Below, piece by piece: positions 25,456 to 35,855 of a DNA stretch of 64,000 bases. Within the stretch, counting starts at the first letter, position 1. Each line of letters opens with the position of its first letter. The notes under the pieces were generated by a model. That model did no database searches and was not told the DNA's origin. It saw only the letters and a list, made by a program, of their open reading frames with translations. The DNA is from an uncultured Prevotellaceae bacterium (GTDB lineage Bacteria > Bacillota_I > Bacilli_A > RFN20 > CAG-288): assembly GCA_963653505.1 (NCBI GenBank), contig CAVJWL010000002.1, positions 2,638 to 66,637 of the forward strand. Reading direction: 5' to 3'. A program made the translations under genes and the position numbers.

Positions 25456-26470
25456 GAACGACTAAAAAGAAAGGAAGACCGATCAATGATGTGATGATAC
25501 CAATTGGGAAGATAGTACCAGGTAAAATGACTTTAGAAATGATATCTGATAACAATAAAATCAAAGAGCCAAATAATGCAGATAAAGGAAGATAGAATCT
25601 ATGGTCATCTCCTGAAATCAATCTTGCAATATGTGGACTTGCAATACCGATGAAACCAATTGGACCAGTAAAGCAAACCGATAAAGAAGAAAGAATTGAA
25701 ATCAAAAAGAAAGATTCAAGCTTCAATTTTGAAGTTTTAACACCGATACTTTCCGCTTTCATATCACCTAATGATAAAGAAGTGTATTTCCACGAATTTT
25801 TAAGAAGAAGTGGAAAAACAATGATAAAAGCGATACAAAGAATCAAAACTTTTTGATAATCAACCTTTTGGAGTGATCCAAATTCCCAGAAGACAATGCT
25901 TTGATTTTGATCTTCACTAGCAAAATATTGAACGAAAGCTTGTAATGCTTTGAAGAAAAATAAAAGTGCAATACCAAGCAAGGTCATCGAATGAGATGTC
26001 ATCTTTTTGAATTTACCAACAACAAAAATAAGAAGTGAAATCAACATCGCAAAGATAAAAGCAAAAGAAGCTACAACAAAATCATTGCCGGAGAATAAAA
26101 TAGCAAGAGTAGCTCCAAAACTAGCACCAGCACCGATACCTAAAGTATAAGGAGATGCTAAAGGATTATTTAAAATAGTCTGCATGACAGAACCACTAGT
26201 ACCAAGAGATAATCCAATCAAAATTGCCATCAAAGCAATCGGAATTCTAAGCTCCCTAACAATGAGTACAATTGAAGAAGAAACATTATTAGGACAGAAT
26301 AAAGCATTGATATTTTCAGAGAAGGTTAGATTTGCACTTCCGACAAAAAGGTCGATTAAAAATAAAAAAGCAATCAAAACTATTGCTATAAACATAGCAA
26401 TAATCTTGATCAGATTTTTATTCAAATAAGAAGAAATTATTTTATCATTCATAATTCGACCATAAAACAA
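25436..26470 (-). CDS. FecCD-family ABC permease
   Basis: 344 aa, ~9-10 TM helices, typical of BtuC/FecCD permeases. Confidence 0.8.
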   Translation of the reverse strand: MFYGRIMNDKIISSYLNKNLIKIIAMFIAIVLIAFLFLIDLFVGSANLTFSENINALFCPNNVSSSIVLIVRELRIPIALMAILIGLSLGTSGSVMQTILNNPLASPYTLGIGAGASFGATLAILFSGNDFVVASFAFIFAMLISLLIFVVGKFKKMTSHSMTLLGIALLFFFKALQAFVQYFASEDQNQSIVFWEFGSLQKVDYQKVLILCIAFIIVFPLLLKNSWKYTSLSLGDMKAESIGVKTSKLKLESFFLISILSSLSVCFTGPIGFIGIASPHIARLISGDDHRFYLPLSALFGSLILLLSDIISKVILPGTIFPIGIITSLIGLPFFLVVLVREKN

Positions 26471-27579
26471 CCGGATAATTCAAATGGCATATACGAAGAG
26501 AAAAACTCTTTCAAATCAGCTAAAGGATTCAAATCAGCAAATAATTCAGGTTGAATCTTTTTAGCTAAAAATTCAACACCTGCAAAATCAAAGATATGTC
26601 TTGATAAATCATGGTAAACAGCAGAAAGATTTCTATTTTTAACTGCTTTTACTTCTTTCCATTCTTTTCTATCAAGATATGATTCAAGATTTTTCTTGGC
26701 CTTTTCTTCATCTTGATTATATCCCAAAATAACATTATCAGATAAACCACTTTGTAAAACACCAGTCAAGATGATAATATCAGGATCATTTTTAATGATG
26801 GCTTCTTTTGCCATATCAACACTGCTTGCATCAGAAATATCGTATGCGATATTTTTACCGCCTACTTGTTGAATAAGAGATCCCCACATCTTCTTAGACC
26901 AAGTATTTCCATAGGTGTCTTTACCTTTTGAAAATTCCATATAGACATTTGGTTTATCTTCATCTTTTATATCTTTAGCTTTTGTAAAAATAGGAGAAAC
27001 CTTATTTTCATAATAAGTAGAGATTTCATTTGCTCTTGTCTTTTGATTTAAGACTTCACCTAAGATTTCATTTGATTTTTTAATAGAATCAATCGTATCG
27101 ATATGATAATCAAAAAAGACAATCGGAATATTTGCTTTTTCAAGCAATGATAATTTAGATTCAAAGTATGCGTAATCAGCAGTGCTAGATGCTAAAACAA
27201 CATCTGGATTGAGTGAGATGATAGTTTCGATATTGATATTGCTTGAATATCCAATATCAGTCTTATTTAACAAACTCGGATAAGCTTTTGTATAAGCGCT
27301 ATATGCGTCTTCTCTTCTTCCTTTAAAATAGGAATATGACCATCCAACAATCTTATCGACAGCATTTTCTCCACCGATAGCGAAATATTCTTCTAAATTA
27401 AAAGTGATACAAACTTTAGAAATATCTTTTTTTATTTCAACAGTTCTATCTTTAATATCAGTGATTGCCTTTGTATCTTCAATTTTAGTTGTAGAATTAG
27501 ATGAACAAGAAACTAATGTAAACAATGATAATGTAGTTGTAAATATTTTTTTAGAGAGCATAATTATCTTTCCCTTCAA
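26449..27579 (-). CDS. ABC transporter substrate-binding lipoprotein (periplasmic-binding-protein type 2/iron-siderophore)
   Basis: 376 aa with a signal peptide and lipobox LVSC. It is the first gene of the SBP-permease-ATPase operon. Confidence 0.7.
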   Translation of the reverse strand: MKGKIIMLSKKIFTTTLSLFTLVSCSSNSTTKIEDTKAITDIKDRTVEIKKDISKVCITFNLEEYFAIGGENAVDKIVGWSYSYFKGRREDAYSAYTKAYPSLLNKTDIGYSSNINIETIISLNPDVVLASSTADYAYFESKLSLLEKANIPIVFFDYHIDTIDSIKKSNEILGEVLNQKTRANEISTYYENKVSPIFTKAKDIKDEDKPNVYMEFSKGKDTYGNTWSKKMWGSLIQQVGGKNIAYDISDASSVDMAKEAIIKNDPDIIILTGVLQSGLSDNVILGYNQDEEKAKKNLESYLDRKEWKEVKAVKNRNLSAVYHDLSRHIFDFAGVEFLAKKIQPELFADLNPLADLKEFFSSYMPFELSGCFMVEL

Positions 27580-27904
27580 AGAATTATATCATAGTGTACG
27601 ATTTTTCAAAGAAAATTTCGAACAACTTTCAATTATTTGTTTAGACTAACCAGATAATATAAGTACAAAAATAGGATTTTTTCAAACTAATAGATTATAT
27701 TTTTTTCATTTATAACGAAATCAAACGAAATAATATTTGATTTATTTCGTTTGTTTATAAAAAAATAAGAAATGGGTGATTTATGACTTATATAACATGT
27801 TTTAAGTATCAAAAAAATCTAATATATCCATTCATCGCTTTCAGTAAATGTGTAAAAGTTGAGAAATTATAGGAGCAAAAAAATAGATAACAAATGAATG
27901 ATTC

Positions 27905-29290
27905 TTGAAAGTTTTTATTTTTAAAACTAAAGAATCATATAAAGCAAAGAAGAAAGCTTCATCTGATTATTACTATGTTGATAAAGCGCTTTTGATCAAA
28001 GATTTTTTAGATACAAAACCTCAACTTTCATTGTTCACTAGACCAAGAAGATTTAGAAAAAGCATTGGTGATGGATATGTTGAAAGTTTTCTTTAAAAAA
28101 ACAGATGTTGAAACTTCATCTTAAACAAATGCGGAAATGAATACATGCAATATCAGTGGAAATTCCAAGTTATATTTCTAACCTTTAAAGATTTTAAAAA
28201 GCAAAACATGGTCTGAGACTAAAGAAAAAATCAAAAAAAATGATTTTAATAGAATTTTTAAGACATTCCGAATTTAAAAATAGCAATAAATTGAACGAAT
28301 TCGAAAAGGAAACCTATATTAAACTTTCAAAGGGATTAGCAGATGATGTTGACTTTGAAATATCACTTCAATTGCTTTCATTATTTTTATACAAACATTA
28401 TGATATCGGAATTGTTATTATAATTGACGAATATGATACTCCAATTCAACAAGGATATATCAACGGCTTCTACAACAAACCAATTGATTTTATGTGTTCA
28501 TTCTTCTCCGCTGGTTTAAAAGATAATACTAATTTAAAATTCGGATTCTTAACCGAAATTCTAAGAGTTGCTAAAGAAAGTATTTTTAGTGGTTTAAACA
28601 ATCATCAATTCAATTCTTGATGATAGATATAGTCAATATTTCGGTTTTACAAAAGAAGAAGTTACAAAATTGCTTTCTTATTACGGACATGAAAATAAAT
28701 TCAACGAAATATCATCCTGATACGATGGATATTTATTTGAAAATACTGAAATATATAATCCTTGGTCAGTGATTAATTATGTCGATTACGATTGTAATCC
28801 TCAAGCAATCCGGCTATCAACATCAAGCAATGATATCATCAAAAAATTATGAAACGAAAATACTGCAATCGATTTTCAAACAGCAATATTTCAAAAAGAT
28901 ATCAACAAACTACAAAAGACATTAGAAAATTTGATGATAGAAACCATTTCTTCCTTCGATACCGCTAATGAAGCTTTTTATCATGGAATGTTATTGGGGG
29001 TTTTATCTATTGTCAGTTCTAAATATATAATTCTATCCAATCGAGAATCTGGTTTAGGCTGTTTTGATATCGAGTTGATACCTTTAACAAAAGATATCCC
29101 TACTTTCATTTTTGAAATAAAAATACGAAAGATGTAAATGAGATTGATACTCTAGCTTCAAAAGCTTTAAATCAAATCGAAGAAAAGAAATATCATATCA
29201 ATTTAAAAGCAAATGGATTTGAAAACATCATCAAAATAGGAATTGCTTTTTGTGGAAAAGAAATAAGTTTAAAATCAAATAACAATCTCT
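27905..29290 (+). pseudogene. disrupted AAA-ATPase-like (PF09820) / PD-(D/E)xK_9 (PF08011) family gene
   Basis: Family-typical segments are split over three frames and interrupted by stops: YYVDKALLIKDFL...TRPRRFRKS, then IIIDEYDTPI...FLTEILRVAKESIFSGLNN, then EAFYHGMLLGVL...SNRESGLGCFDIELIP...FIFEIKI. No single ORF exceeds 126 aa. Confidence 0.6.
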
Positions 29291-29342
29291 AAATTAAAAA
29301 AATGTTAGACGATAAGAATAACTTACCATCTAACAGTATTCT

Positions 29343-30572
29343 TTACATTGCTTTTTTAAGCTCTCTAACAAGAACGACGACTTCTTCTTTTGTCATACCT
29401 GACAAAGCAATACGAATCGTATTTTCAGAAAGCGGAACGATATAGATATGTTCAGCTTTTAGCTTTTCAAAAATACCAAAAGCATTTTCAACTTTGATAG
29501 TGACAAAGAAACCGGATTTATATGGATAATATTTGATTCCAGCTTTATCTAGTTCGGCAATCAAAGCAGTTCCTCTTTCATTGAGAACATCTTTATTGTG
29601 ATTGATCTCATCTACCAATTGTTGTTTTTTGATAGGATCTGTCATAATTTTAGAAATGGCATAACCAGGTGCAGAGACAGAACAAGAATAGACACCTCTT
29701 GCTTGAGCTCCGAAAGCATTTTTGATTTCAACTTTTTCATCATCATCTAATGCTAAAGCGATGAAAGCGCCCATTCTAAGTCCATATAAACCGAAGACTT
29801 TTGAACAAGAGAAGATAACAACAGAAATGAAATCTGACTTTTTTTTTGCAATCTTATCAATCAACTTACATTTGCTATCAGGAACAGCATAATAAGAAAG
29901 GTAGGCGATATCGAATAAGACAGTCAATTTACCATCCTTACCGAGAATATTTAACATCTTGAATAATTTATCATATTCTTCTTCGCTCAAACAATATCCC
30001 GTTGGATTTTGGCAAGGATCATTGATGACAACTAAGCATCTGCCAAATTCTTTCATTGTGAATTGGATATGTTCTTTTAAAGATTCAAGATTGAATTTAC
30101 CATCACTTGTGAACATTGAATAGGTCTCATAACCAAGACCAGCTTTTTTAGCAATCAAAATATAATTAGTCCACATGACATCTGGAAGAAGGACATTCTG
30201 GCCTTCTTCTAAGAAAAGATTGAAGGCTATAGAAACACCACCAGTACCGCCCAATGTCGAACCAGTGAAGACAGAATACATATTTTTAATCTCATCGTAC
30301 TTATCATCAAAGACCCACTTTTCAACTGCATTGTTGTAGTCCATATCACCATAAACAGATGAATAACCCAATTTATCAGTGACATGCTCACTCAAAGCTT
30401 TATCGATAGATAAAACTTTGCCAACTTCTTTATTGTCATCAAGGAAGACACCAATACTGCCATTGATAACATCATTTCCAGCTGCTTTATCAGCTTTAGC
30501 CATATTAGAGATGGCGATGATATCATTTTTATCGACTGGTTTCAAAGAACGGCTTGCGATGTAATGTTCCAT
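29343..30572 (-). CDS. class I/II (AspC/TyrB-like) PLP-dependent aminotransferase
   Basis: 409 aa. PLP-lysine motif SCSKVFGLYGLRMG matches the aspartate/aromatic aminotransferase SxSKxFGLxGxRxG. Confidence 0.8.
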   Translation of the reverse strand: MEHYIASRSLKPVDKNDIIAISNMAKADKAAGNDVINGSIGVFLDDNKEVGKVLSIDKALSEHVTDKLGYSSVYGDMDYNNAVEKWVFDDKYDEIKNMYSVFTGSTLGGTGGVSIAFNLFLEEGQNVLLPDVMWTNYILIAKKAGLGYETYSMFTSDGKFNLESLKEHIQFTMKEFGRCLVVINDPCQNPTGYCLSEEEYDKLFKMLNILGKDGKLTVLFDIAYLSYYAVPDSKCKLIDKIAKKKSDFISVVIFSCSKVFGLYGLRMGAFIALALDDDEKVEIKNAFGAQARGVYSCSVSAPGYAISKIMTDPIKKQQLVDEINHNKDVLNERGTALIAELDKAGIKYYPYKSGFFVTIKVENAFGIFEKLKAEHIYIVPLSENTIRIALSGMTKEEVVVLVRELKKAM

Positions 30573-30673
30573 ATATTTACCCCCGGACCGAAAATAAATT
30601 ATAACATTAAAAAATAATGTAGAAATATTATTTTCTACATTTTTTTAAGAAAAGGCTTCCAAGATGTGATTTT

Positions 30674-31180
30674 TTATGCAATAGAAGAAGCGAGAACTTC
30701 TTTTTCTAATCTCCTCATCTCTTTGATAGTCTTATGTTCGAGCATTGCACATTTTTTATCTGCTTTTTGAAGAATCCAAGCTTCTTTTGAAAGCGGAATT
30801 GTCCAAAAAGTTAGAGGAAACATATGCGAACGGATCATATTGCAAACCTTTGGATTCAATTTATAAGATCTTCTAGCTTTCATCAATGCGATAAATGGAT
30901 GTCTGAATCCATGTAACCGATGTCCTTCATGAGCGTGATGCCAATCATATAAATAATAATCGTGAAGCAAAGCACCGATGATAAGAGATTCATAATCGAC
31001 ATCTAAATTCTTATTTTTAGCGTAAGAATAAGAATATATAGCCACTCTTAAACAATGGTCATAGACAGAATAACATCCATGAGCAACAAATGTTTTCATA
31101 GACATATATTCATCATTGGATATGACTTTATGAGCAACGGATAAGAAATATTCATCAATAATTATTTTCATCTTTGACAT
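30674..31180 (-). CDS. HD-domain phosphohydrolase
   Basis: 168 aa with H...HD...H...H...D metal-binding spacing (LRVAIYSYSYAKN...LLHDYYLYDWHH). Confidence 0.5.
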   Translation of the reverse strand: MSKMKIIIDEYFLSVAHKVISNDEYMSMKTFVAHGCYSVYDHCLRVAIYSYSYAKNKNLDVDYESLIIGALLHDYYLYDWHHAHEGHRLHGFRHPFIALMKARRSYKLNPKVCNMIRSHMFPLTFWTIPLSKEAWILQKADKKCAMLEHKTIKEMRRLEKEVLASSIA

Positions 31181-31227
31181 TTTAAGTTATATTGATAAAT
31201 AATTTCAATCAAAATTTGGTGATTTTA

Positions 31228-31262
31228 ATAAAAAAGAGCAACCCTCGAAATGAAAGTTGCTC
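31228..31262 (-). terminator. Rho-independent terminator after flotillin gene
   Basis: On the minus strand, GAGCAAC-13 nt-GTTGCTC followed by TTTTTTATT. Confidence 0.5.
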
Positions 31263-31271
31263 AGTATGATT

Positions 31272-32729
31272 TTATTTAGTTTCTTCTTTATTATCTTTCT
31301 TCTCTAAGACCTTAGCACCAAAATAACCAGCAAGAACTGACTTGATATCAATACCTAAGGTCTTTTCAATTCCTTCGATGATTTGTGTTCCATTCTTATT
31401 GATTTCTTCAGTCAATTTAGCAGTGTTACCTTCACCATACATCGTGATATTATCAATCTTAGATAAAGCAGCAGCAGTAGGCTCTGCATAAGCTTTAACA
31501 GTGCTAGGAATAACTCCGCTATCAAGGATGAGTTGTAAGGTTGCAGCATCATTATAGGCTTTCATAGCATCAGCTTTTGCTTTGATAGCAAGAGCTTCTG
31601 CTTCACCTTTAGCCTTAATACCTTCAGCTTCAGCTAAAGCAGCTTCTTTTAAAGCGTTAGCTTGAGCAACTTGAGCGGCAGCATCAGCTTCAGCTTTAGC
31701 TTTGACAGATTCGGCTTCTTTGATAGTTTCATAAAGTTCAGCTTCCGCCTTCTTTTGACGAGTGAAAAGTTCAGCGCTAGCTTTTTGTTCAGCAGCATAT
31801 TTTTCAGCATCAGCTTTTTTATTGATTTCTGCATCTAATTGTTGTTGAGTTACAGCTGCGTTTTTCTCATTCAAAGTAATCTCTTTAGATTTCTTAGCAA
31901 TTTCAGCATCAACAGCAGAATTGTTGATATCTAATTGTCTCTTTTGTTGTTGAATTGAATATGCAGCATCAGCATCTGCTTTTGCAGTATCTTCTTTTGT
32001 CTTCAACTCAGCTTTTTTCAAAGCAAGAGCGTTATTTTGAGTGGCGATTTCAAGTTCAGCTTTGACTGTAGCATCATTAGCTGCCTTACTAGCTTCAGCT
32101 CTTGCGATAGCAACATCTCTTTCAGCATTAGCTTTTGCAATAGCGGCGTCTTTTGAAATTTGAGAGATATTATCGATACCGAGATTGACGATGACATCAT
32201 TAGAATCAGAGAATGATTGAATGTTGAAATTGACAAGTTCAATACCTAATTTTTCCATATCAGGAACGACATTTTCTTTAACCTTATCAGCAACTCCCTG
32301 TCTTTCTTGAACAAGAGTCTTAATTTTCTCAGTACCGATGATTTCACGCATATTACCTTGAAGGATTTGTTGTACTTGCATCTTAAGTTCTTGTTCGGAC
32401 ATATTGAGCAATGTTTCAAAGGCTCTTTCCAACAATTTTGGATCAGAAGAAATCTTTAAATTAGCAACACCATCAACATTGATATTGATGAATTCATTAG
32501 TAGGAATTGGTTCATCAGTTTTGATATCTACTTGAAATGCTCTGAGAGATAATTTATCAGTTCTTTGAATGAACGGAATTCTAAACCCAGCTTTACCAAT
32601 CAATATCTTTCTTTTTCCGGAACCAGAAATCATAATTGCAGTATCTGGAGCTGCTTTGATGTAAGAAGAGAAAAATAAAATCAAAAGCAAGATGACAATA
32701 CCGACAACAACACCGATAACAATACCCAT
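31272..32729 (-). CDS. flotillin-like SPFH/band-7 protein (FloT/YuaG-like)
   Basis: 485 aa. N-terminal TM anchor, SPFH domain, then a long Ala/Glu/Lys-rich coiled coil (EAEAKAEA... repeats). Confidence 0.8.
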   Translation of the reverse strand: MGIVIGVVVGIVILLLILFFSSYIKAAPDTAIMISGSGKRKILIGKAGFRIPFIQRTDKLSLRAFQVDIKTDEPIPTNEFININVDGVANLKISSDPKLLERAFETLLNMSEQELKMQVQQILQGNMREIIGTEKIKTLVQERQGVADKVKENVVPDMEKLGIELVNFNIQSFSDSNDVIVNLGIDNISQISKDAAIAKANAERDVAIARAEASKAANDATVKAELEIATQNNALALKKAELKTKEDTAKADADAAYSIQQQKRQLDINNSAVDAEIAKKSKEITLNEKNAAVTQQQLDAEINKKADAEKYAAEQKASAELFTRQKKAEAELYETIKEAESVKAKAEADAAAQVAQANALKEAALAEAEGIKAKGEAEALAIKAKADAMKAYNDAATLQLILDSGVIPSTVKAYAEPTAAALSKIDNITMYGEGNTAKLTEEINKNGTQIIEGIEKTLGIDIKSVLAGYFGAKVLEKKDNKEETK

Positions 32730-32840
32730 AAAAAGCCCTCCTATGTCTTTATAGATAAAAATATTATTTCAAAAAATTTCGATGAATACAATGTTTTAAA
32801 TAAAAAAAGAGAAGATTTTATTCTCCTCTCTTAAAAAATA

Positions 32841-33350
32841 TTAAAATTCTTTTTTATTTATATTTTGATAAGTGGTAAAAGAGATCATATAACCATTATC
32901 TTCTTCATAAGGAGTAGAAGAAACCAGTTTAAAATCTTTATTTTCATCAAGGTTTTCAAAGAAAACCTCAGCATTTCCAATAGCATCAACCTTTGTGAGA
33001 TAGACATAATCAACATAAGGAAGGGTCTGTCTATAAATGCTAGCACCACCGATGATAAAGACATCACTTTCTTGTAATTTCTCTTTGATGACTTTTAAAA
33101 ATTCATCAAAAGAATGTACATTGATAACATCATCATAATTTGAGCTTTTAGAAAGAACAATATTAGTTCTGTTCTTTAATGGTTTACCGTTAGGAAAGGA
33201 AAGAAGAGTGTTCTCACCCATACAAACAACATGTCCTTTAGTTGTATTTCTAAAGAAAGCCATATCCTTTTTTAATGAGAACATCAAATCATTCTTCTTA
33301 CCGATACCCCACTCTTTATCTGCGTGTAATATTGAAATTAAATTGCCCAT
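32841..33350 (-). CDS. folA: dihydrofolate reductase
   Basis: 169 aa with a DHFR N-terminus (ISILHADKEWGIGKKNDL...). Downstream of thyA. Confidence 0.85.
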   Translation of the reverse strand: MGNLISILHADKEWGIGKKNDLMFSLKKDMAFFRNTTKGHVVCMGENTLLSFPNGKPLKNRTNIVLSKSSNYDDVINVHSFDEFLKVIKEKLQESDVFIIGGASIYRQTLPYVDYVYLTKVDAIGNAEVFFENLDENKDFKLVSSTPYEEDNGYMISFTTYQNINKKEF

Positions 33351-33353
33351 ATA

Positions 33354-34184
33354 TTAAATAGCTACTGGAATCTTTTTATCTAACTTCTCATATTCATAAT
33401 CAACTAATTCAAAGTCTTCTATCTTAAAATCATAGAAATTCTTAACATTAGGATTGATCTTTAAAGTCGGAGCTTTATGTTGAGGTTTATTGATGATTTC
33501 TTTGACCATTTCAACATGTCTATCATAAATATGAGCATCAGCGATGACATGAACTAATTCCCCAACTTTCAAATCAGAGACTTGAGCAAACATCATAAGA
33601 AGTAAAGAATACTGCAAAACATTCCAGTTATTAGCAGTGAGCATATCATTACTTCTTTGATTCAAAATACCATTTAAAGTATCTCCAGAAACATTGAACG
33701 TCATAGAATAAGCACAGGGATAGAGATTCATCTCATGAAGATCGTTAAAATTATAAATATTAGTCATGATTCTTCTAGAATGAGGATTATTCTTTAAATC
33801 GAACAAAACACGATCAACTTGATCGAATTCACCTTCTGGATAAACAGATTTTTGTCTCAATTGATATCCATATGCTTTACCAATAGAACCATTTTCATCA
33901 GCCCAAGAATCCCAAATATGAGAATTCAAATCATGAACATTATTACTCTTCTTTTGCCAAATCCATAATAATTCATCCAAACAAGACTTAAAAGCAGTTC
34001 TTCTGATAGTCAAAATCGGAAGTTCTTCTTGTAAATTATAGCGATTGACAATACCAAATTTCTTTATGGTATGAGCTTCAGTACCATCTTCCCAATGAGG
34101 TCTGACATGATAATCCTTATCAGAAAAACCATTCTCTAAAATATCTTTCATATTATCAATAAATATTTGATCAGCTTTTGACAT
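33354..34184 (-). CDS. thyA: thymidylate synthase
   Basis: 276 aa with ThyA motifs (SRRIMTNIYNFNDL, nucleophile-Cys loop LYPCAYSMTFNV, AHIYDRH). Confidence 0.9.
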   Translation of the reverse strand: MSKADQIFIDNMKDILENGFSDKDYHVRPHWEDGTEAHTIKKFGIVNRYNLQEELPILTIRRTAFKSCLDELLWIWQKKSNNVHDLNSHIWDSWADENGSIGKAYGYQLRQKSVYPEGEFDQVDRVLFDLKNNPHSRRIMTNIYNFNDLHEMNLYPCAYSMTFNVSGDTLNGILNQRSNDMLTANNWNVLQYSLLLMMFAQVSDLKVGELVHVIADAHIYDRHVEMVKEIINKPQHKAPTLKINPNVKNFYDFKIEDFELVDYEYEKLDKKIPVAI

Positions 34185-34298
34185 AGTTGCCTCCTAAAAA
34201 CGAATAGTATTTTAACAATAAAAAAAATACATTAATAGACTTGAAATCAAAAAAGAGTTTTCAAAAAAAATCCAAGACGGTTAAATCTTGGACATTTT

Positions 34299-35110
34299 TC
34301 ATAAATCAACAATACTCTCAAGCATGAAGACATCGATGAATTAATTATCGATAGTAAGAGAAGAATCAAAATCAACAATACTCTCAAGCAAATTGCTGAA
34401 AATAACGTAAATAAATTAGTAAGAGAAGAATCAAAATCAACAATACTCTCAAGCAATAATGACGGTCTTATACAAGGTTTTTTAGTAAGAGAAGAATCAA
34501 AATCAACAATACTCTCAAGCGAAATTGGAACGGAAAATGGATTTATTCAAGTAAGAGAAGAATCAAAATCAACAATACTCTCAAGCTTAATGACGTCTCG
34601 ATTACCTTAGGCGCTGTAAGAGAAGAATCAAAATCAACAATACTCTCAAGCATAATTTTCTTTAAAACCCGAATACAAACGTAAGAGAAGAATCAAAATC
34701 AACAATACTCTCAAGCAGTTGACTGGTGGAACTGTAGCAGGTGGTTGTAAGAGAAGAATCAAAATCAACAATACTCTCAAGCTAGTCTTCTTCTTCAGTG
34801 ATTGCGAACACAGTAAGAGAAGAATCAAAATCAACAATACTCTCAAGCATGATCATATACAAGACAACGGTCTAAAAGTAAGAGAAGAATCAAAATCAAC
34901 AATACTCTCAAGCTAATCTTCTTCTTCTGTTATCGCAAAGACAGTAAGAGAAGAATCAAAATCAACAATACTCTCAAGCAGTGCGAAAATAGCATTAAAA
35001 TTAAAGTACGTAAGAGAAGAATCAAAATCAACAATACTCTCAAGCGCCGTTGTTCGTCAAAATCACACATATTCGTAAGAGAAGAATCAAAATCAACAAT
35101 ACTCTCAAGC
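34299..35110 (-). CRISPR. Type II-A CRISPR array: 12 full 36-bp repeats plus 1 degenerate terminal repeat, 12 spacers of 29-30 bp
   Basis: Plus-strand repeat GTAAGAGAAGAATCAAAATCAACAATACTCTCAAGC starts at 34354, 34419, 34485, 34551, 34616, 34681, 34747, 34813, 34878, 34944, 35010 and 35075. A degenerate partial copy (...TCATAAATCAACAATACTCTCAAGC) lies at 34299-34323. The array is adjacent to csn2 and transcribed on the minus strand with the cas operon, so the degenerate repeat is leader-distal. Confidence 0.95.
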
Positions 35111-35159
35111 CTCAAAACATGCAGTTTTTAGCTTGTTTTTTCATTGATATAGCCAAATT

Positions 35160-35855
35160 TTAACATTTTTTGCTTTTTTCTTCAATGTGAAGCTCACATA
35201 AATCAGAATCTATTCGAATGATGAATTCTTCATCAGTTTTATAGGCTGGTATGTGGCTTGATATTATCAAAAAGAAAATTTCTTGATGTCGCATTTCAGA
35301 AATAAAATATTCAAATTCTTTTTTAGACAGATAATCACATAGATTATGAAGAATTATGACTTTAAACTTAAATACATCAACCAATATCTTTATCTTTTCG
35401 ATAAGGGTAATTAAAAAATCTTCGTTATCTCCACCATATCCAACAGAAAAAGCATTTAAAAAAGTTAACAAACTCATTTCATCATCAAATTTTAATCTTA
35501 AAGGGAAATCATAAGTGATAGATGATAAATAATCATTTATTTTATTTATCAATTCTAAATAAGTTTCATTTTCTGAAACACTTATTTCACCTGCCACTTC
35601 CTTTTGAATAGTAAGATTTAGTTTCTTTTCATCAAAGGTGATAAATGAAAGATTATCTATAAAATAAATAAACTTTGTTGCATTTAATTCTATAGCATTA
35701 TCGTATAAATGAAATGCATCAATAGAATCAGTTCCGCTTAGCAATTGAAAAATGGTATTTCGATACATAAAAGAGTTTTCGATACTTATGTAGTAAAAGA
35801 TGCATTCGCTAAACTCGATTTCTTTTTCAATGTTAGGGTGCTTTAAAACCATCAT
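35160..35855 (-). CDS. csn2: CRISPR-associated protein Csn2 (short, ~230-aa form)
   Basis: 231 aa, overlaps the cas2 stop by 4 nt, and lies between cas2 and the array. This is the canonical II-A position, and the size matches short-form Csn2. Confidence 0.8.
   Translation of the reverse strand: MMVLKHPNIEKEIEFSECIFYYISIENSFMYRNTIFQLLSGTDSIDAFHLYDNAIELNATKFIYFIDNLSFITFDEKKLNLTIQKEVAGEISVSENETYLELINKINDYLSSITYDFPLRLKFDDEMSLLTFLNAFSVGYGGDNEDFLITLIEKIKILVDVFKFKVIILHNLCDYLSKKEFEYFISEMRHQEIFFLIISSHIPAYKTDEEFIIRIDSDLCELHIEEKSKKC

Noticed and set aside
31649-32242. Two small minus-strand ORFs (LKLKL-rich) within the flotillin gene
   Set aside because: They are alternative-frame translations of the Ala/Glu/Lys coiled-coil repeat DNA. 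The flotillin frame is the real one.
34324-35074. Self-targeting of spacers within this window
   Set aside because: Visual comparison did not reveal any spacer match elsewhere in the 64 kb, but this cannot be excluded without a computed search.
34247-35115. ORF-track ORFs inside the CRISPR array (34247..34456-, 34646..34846-, 34719..34916+, 34930..35115-)
   Set aside because: They consist of repeated LRVLLILILLL-type translations of the 36-bp repeat. These are artefacts of the direct repeats.
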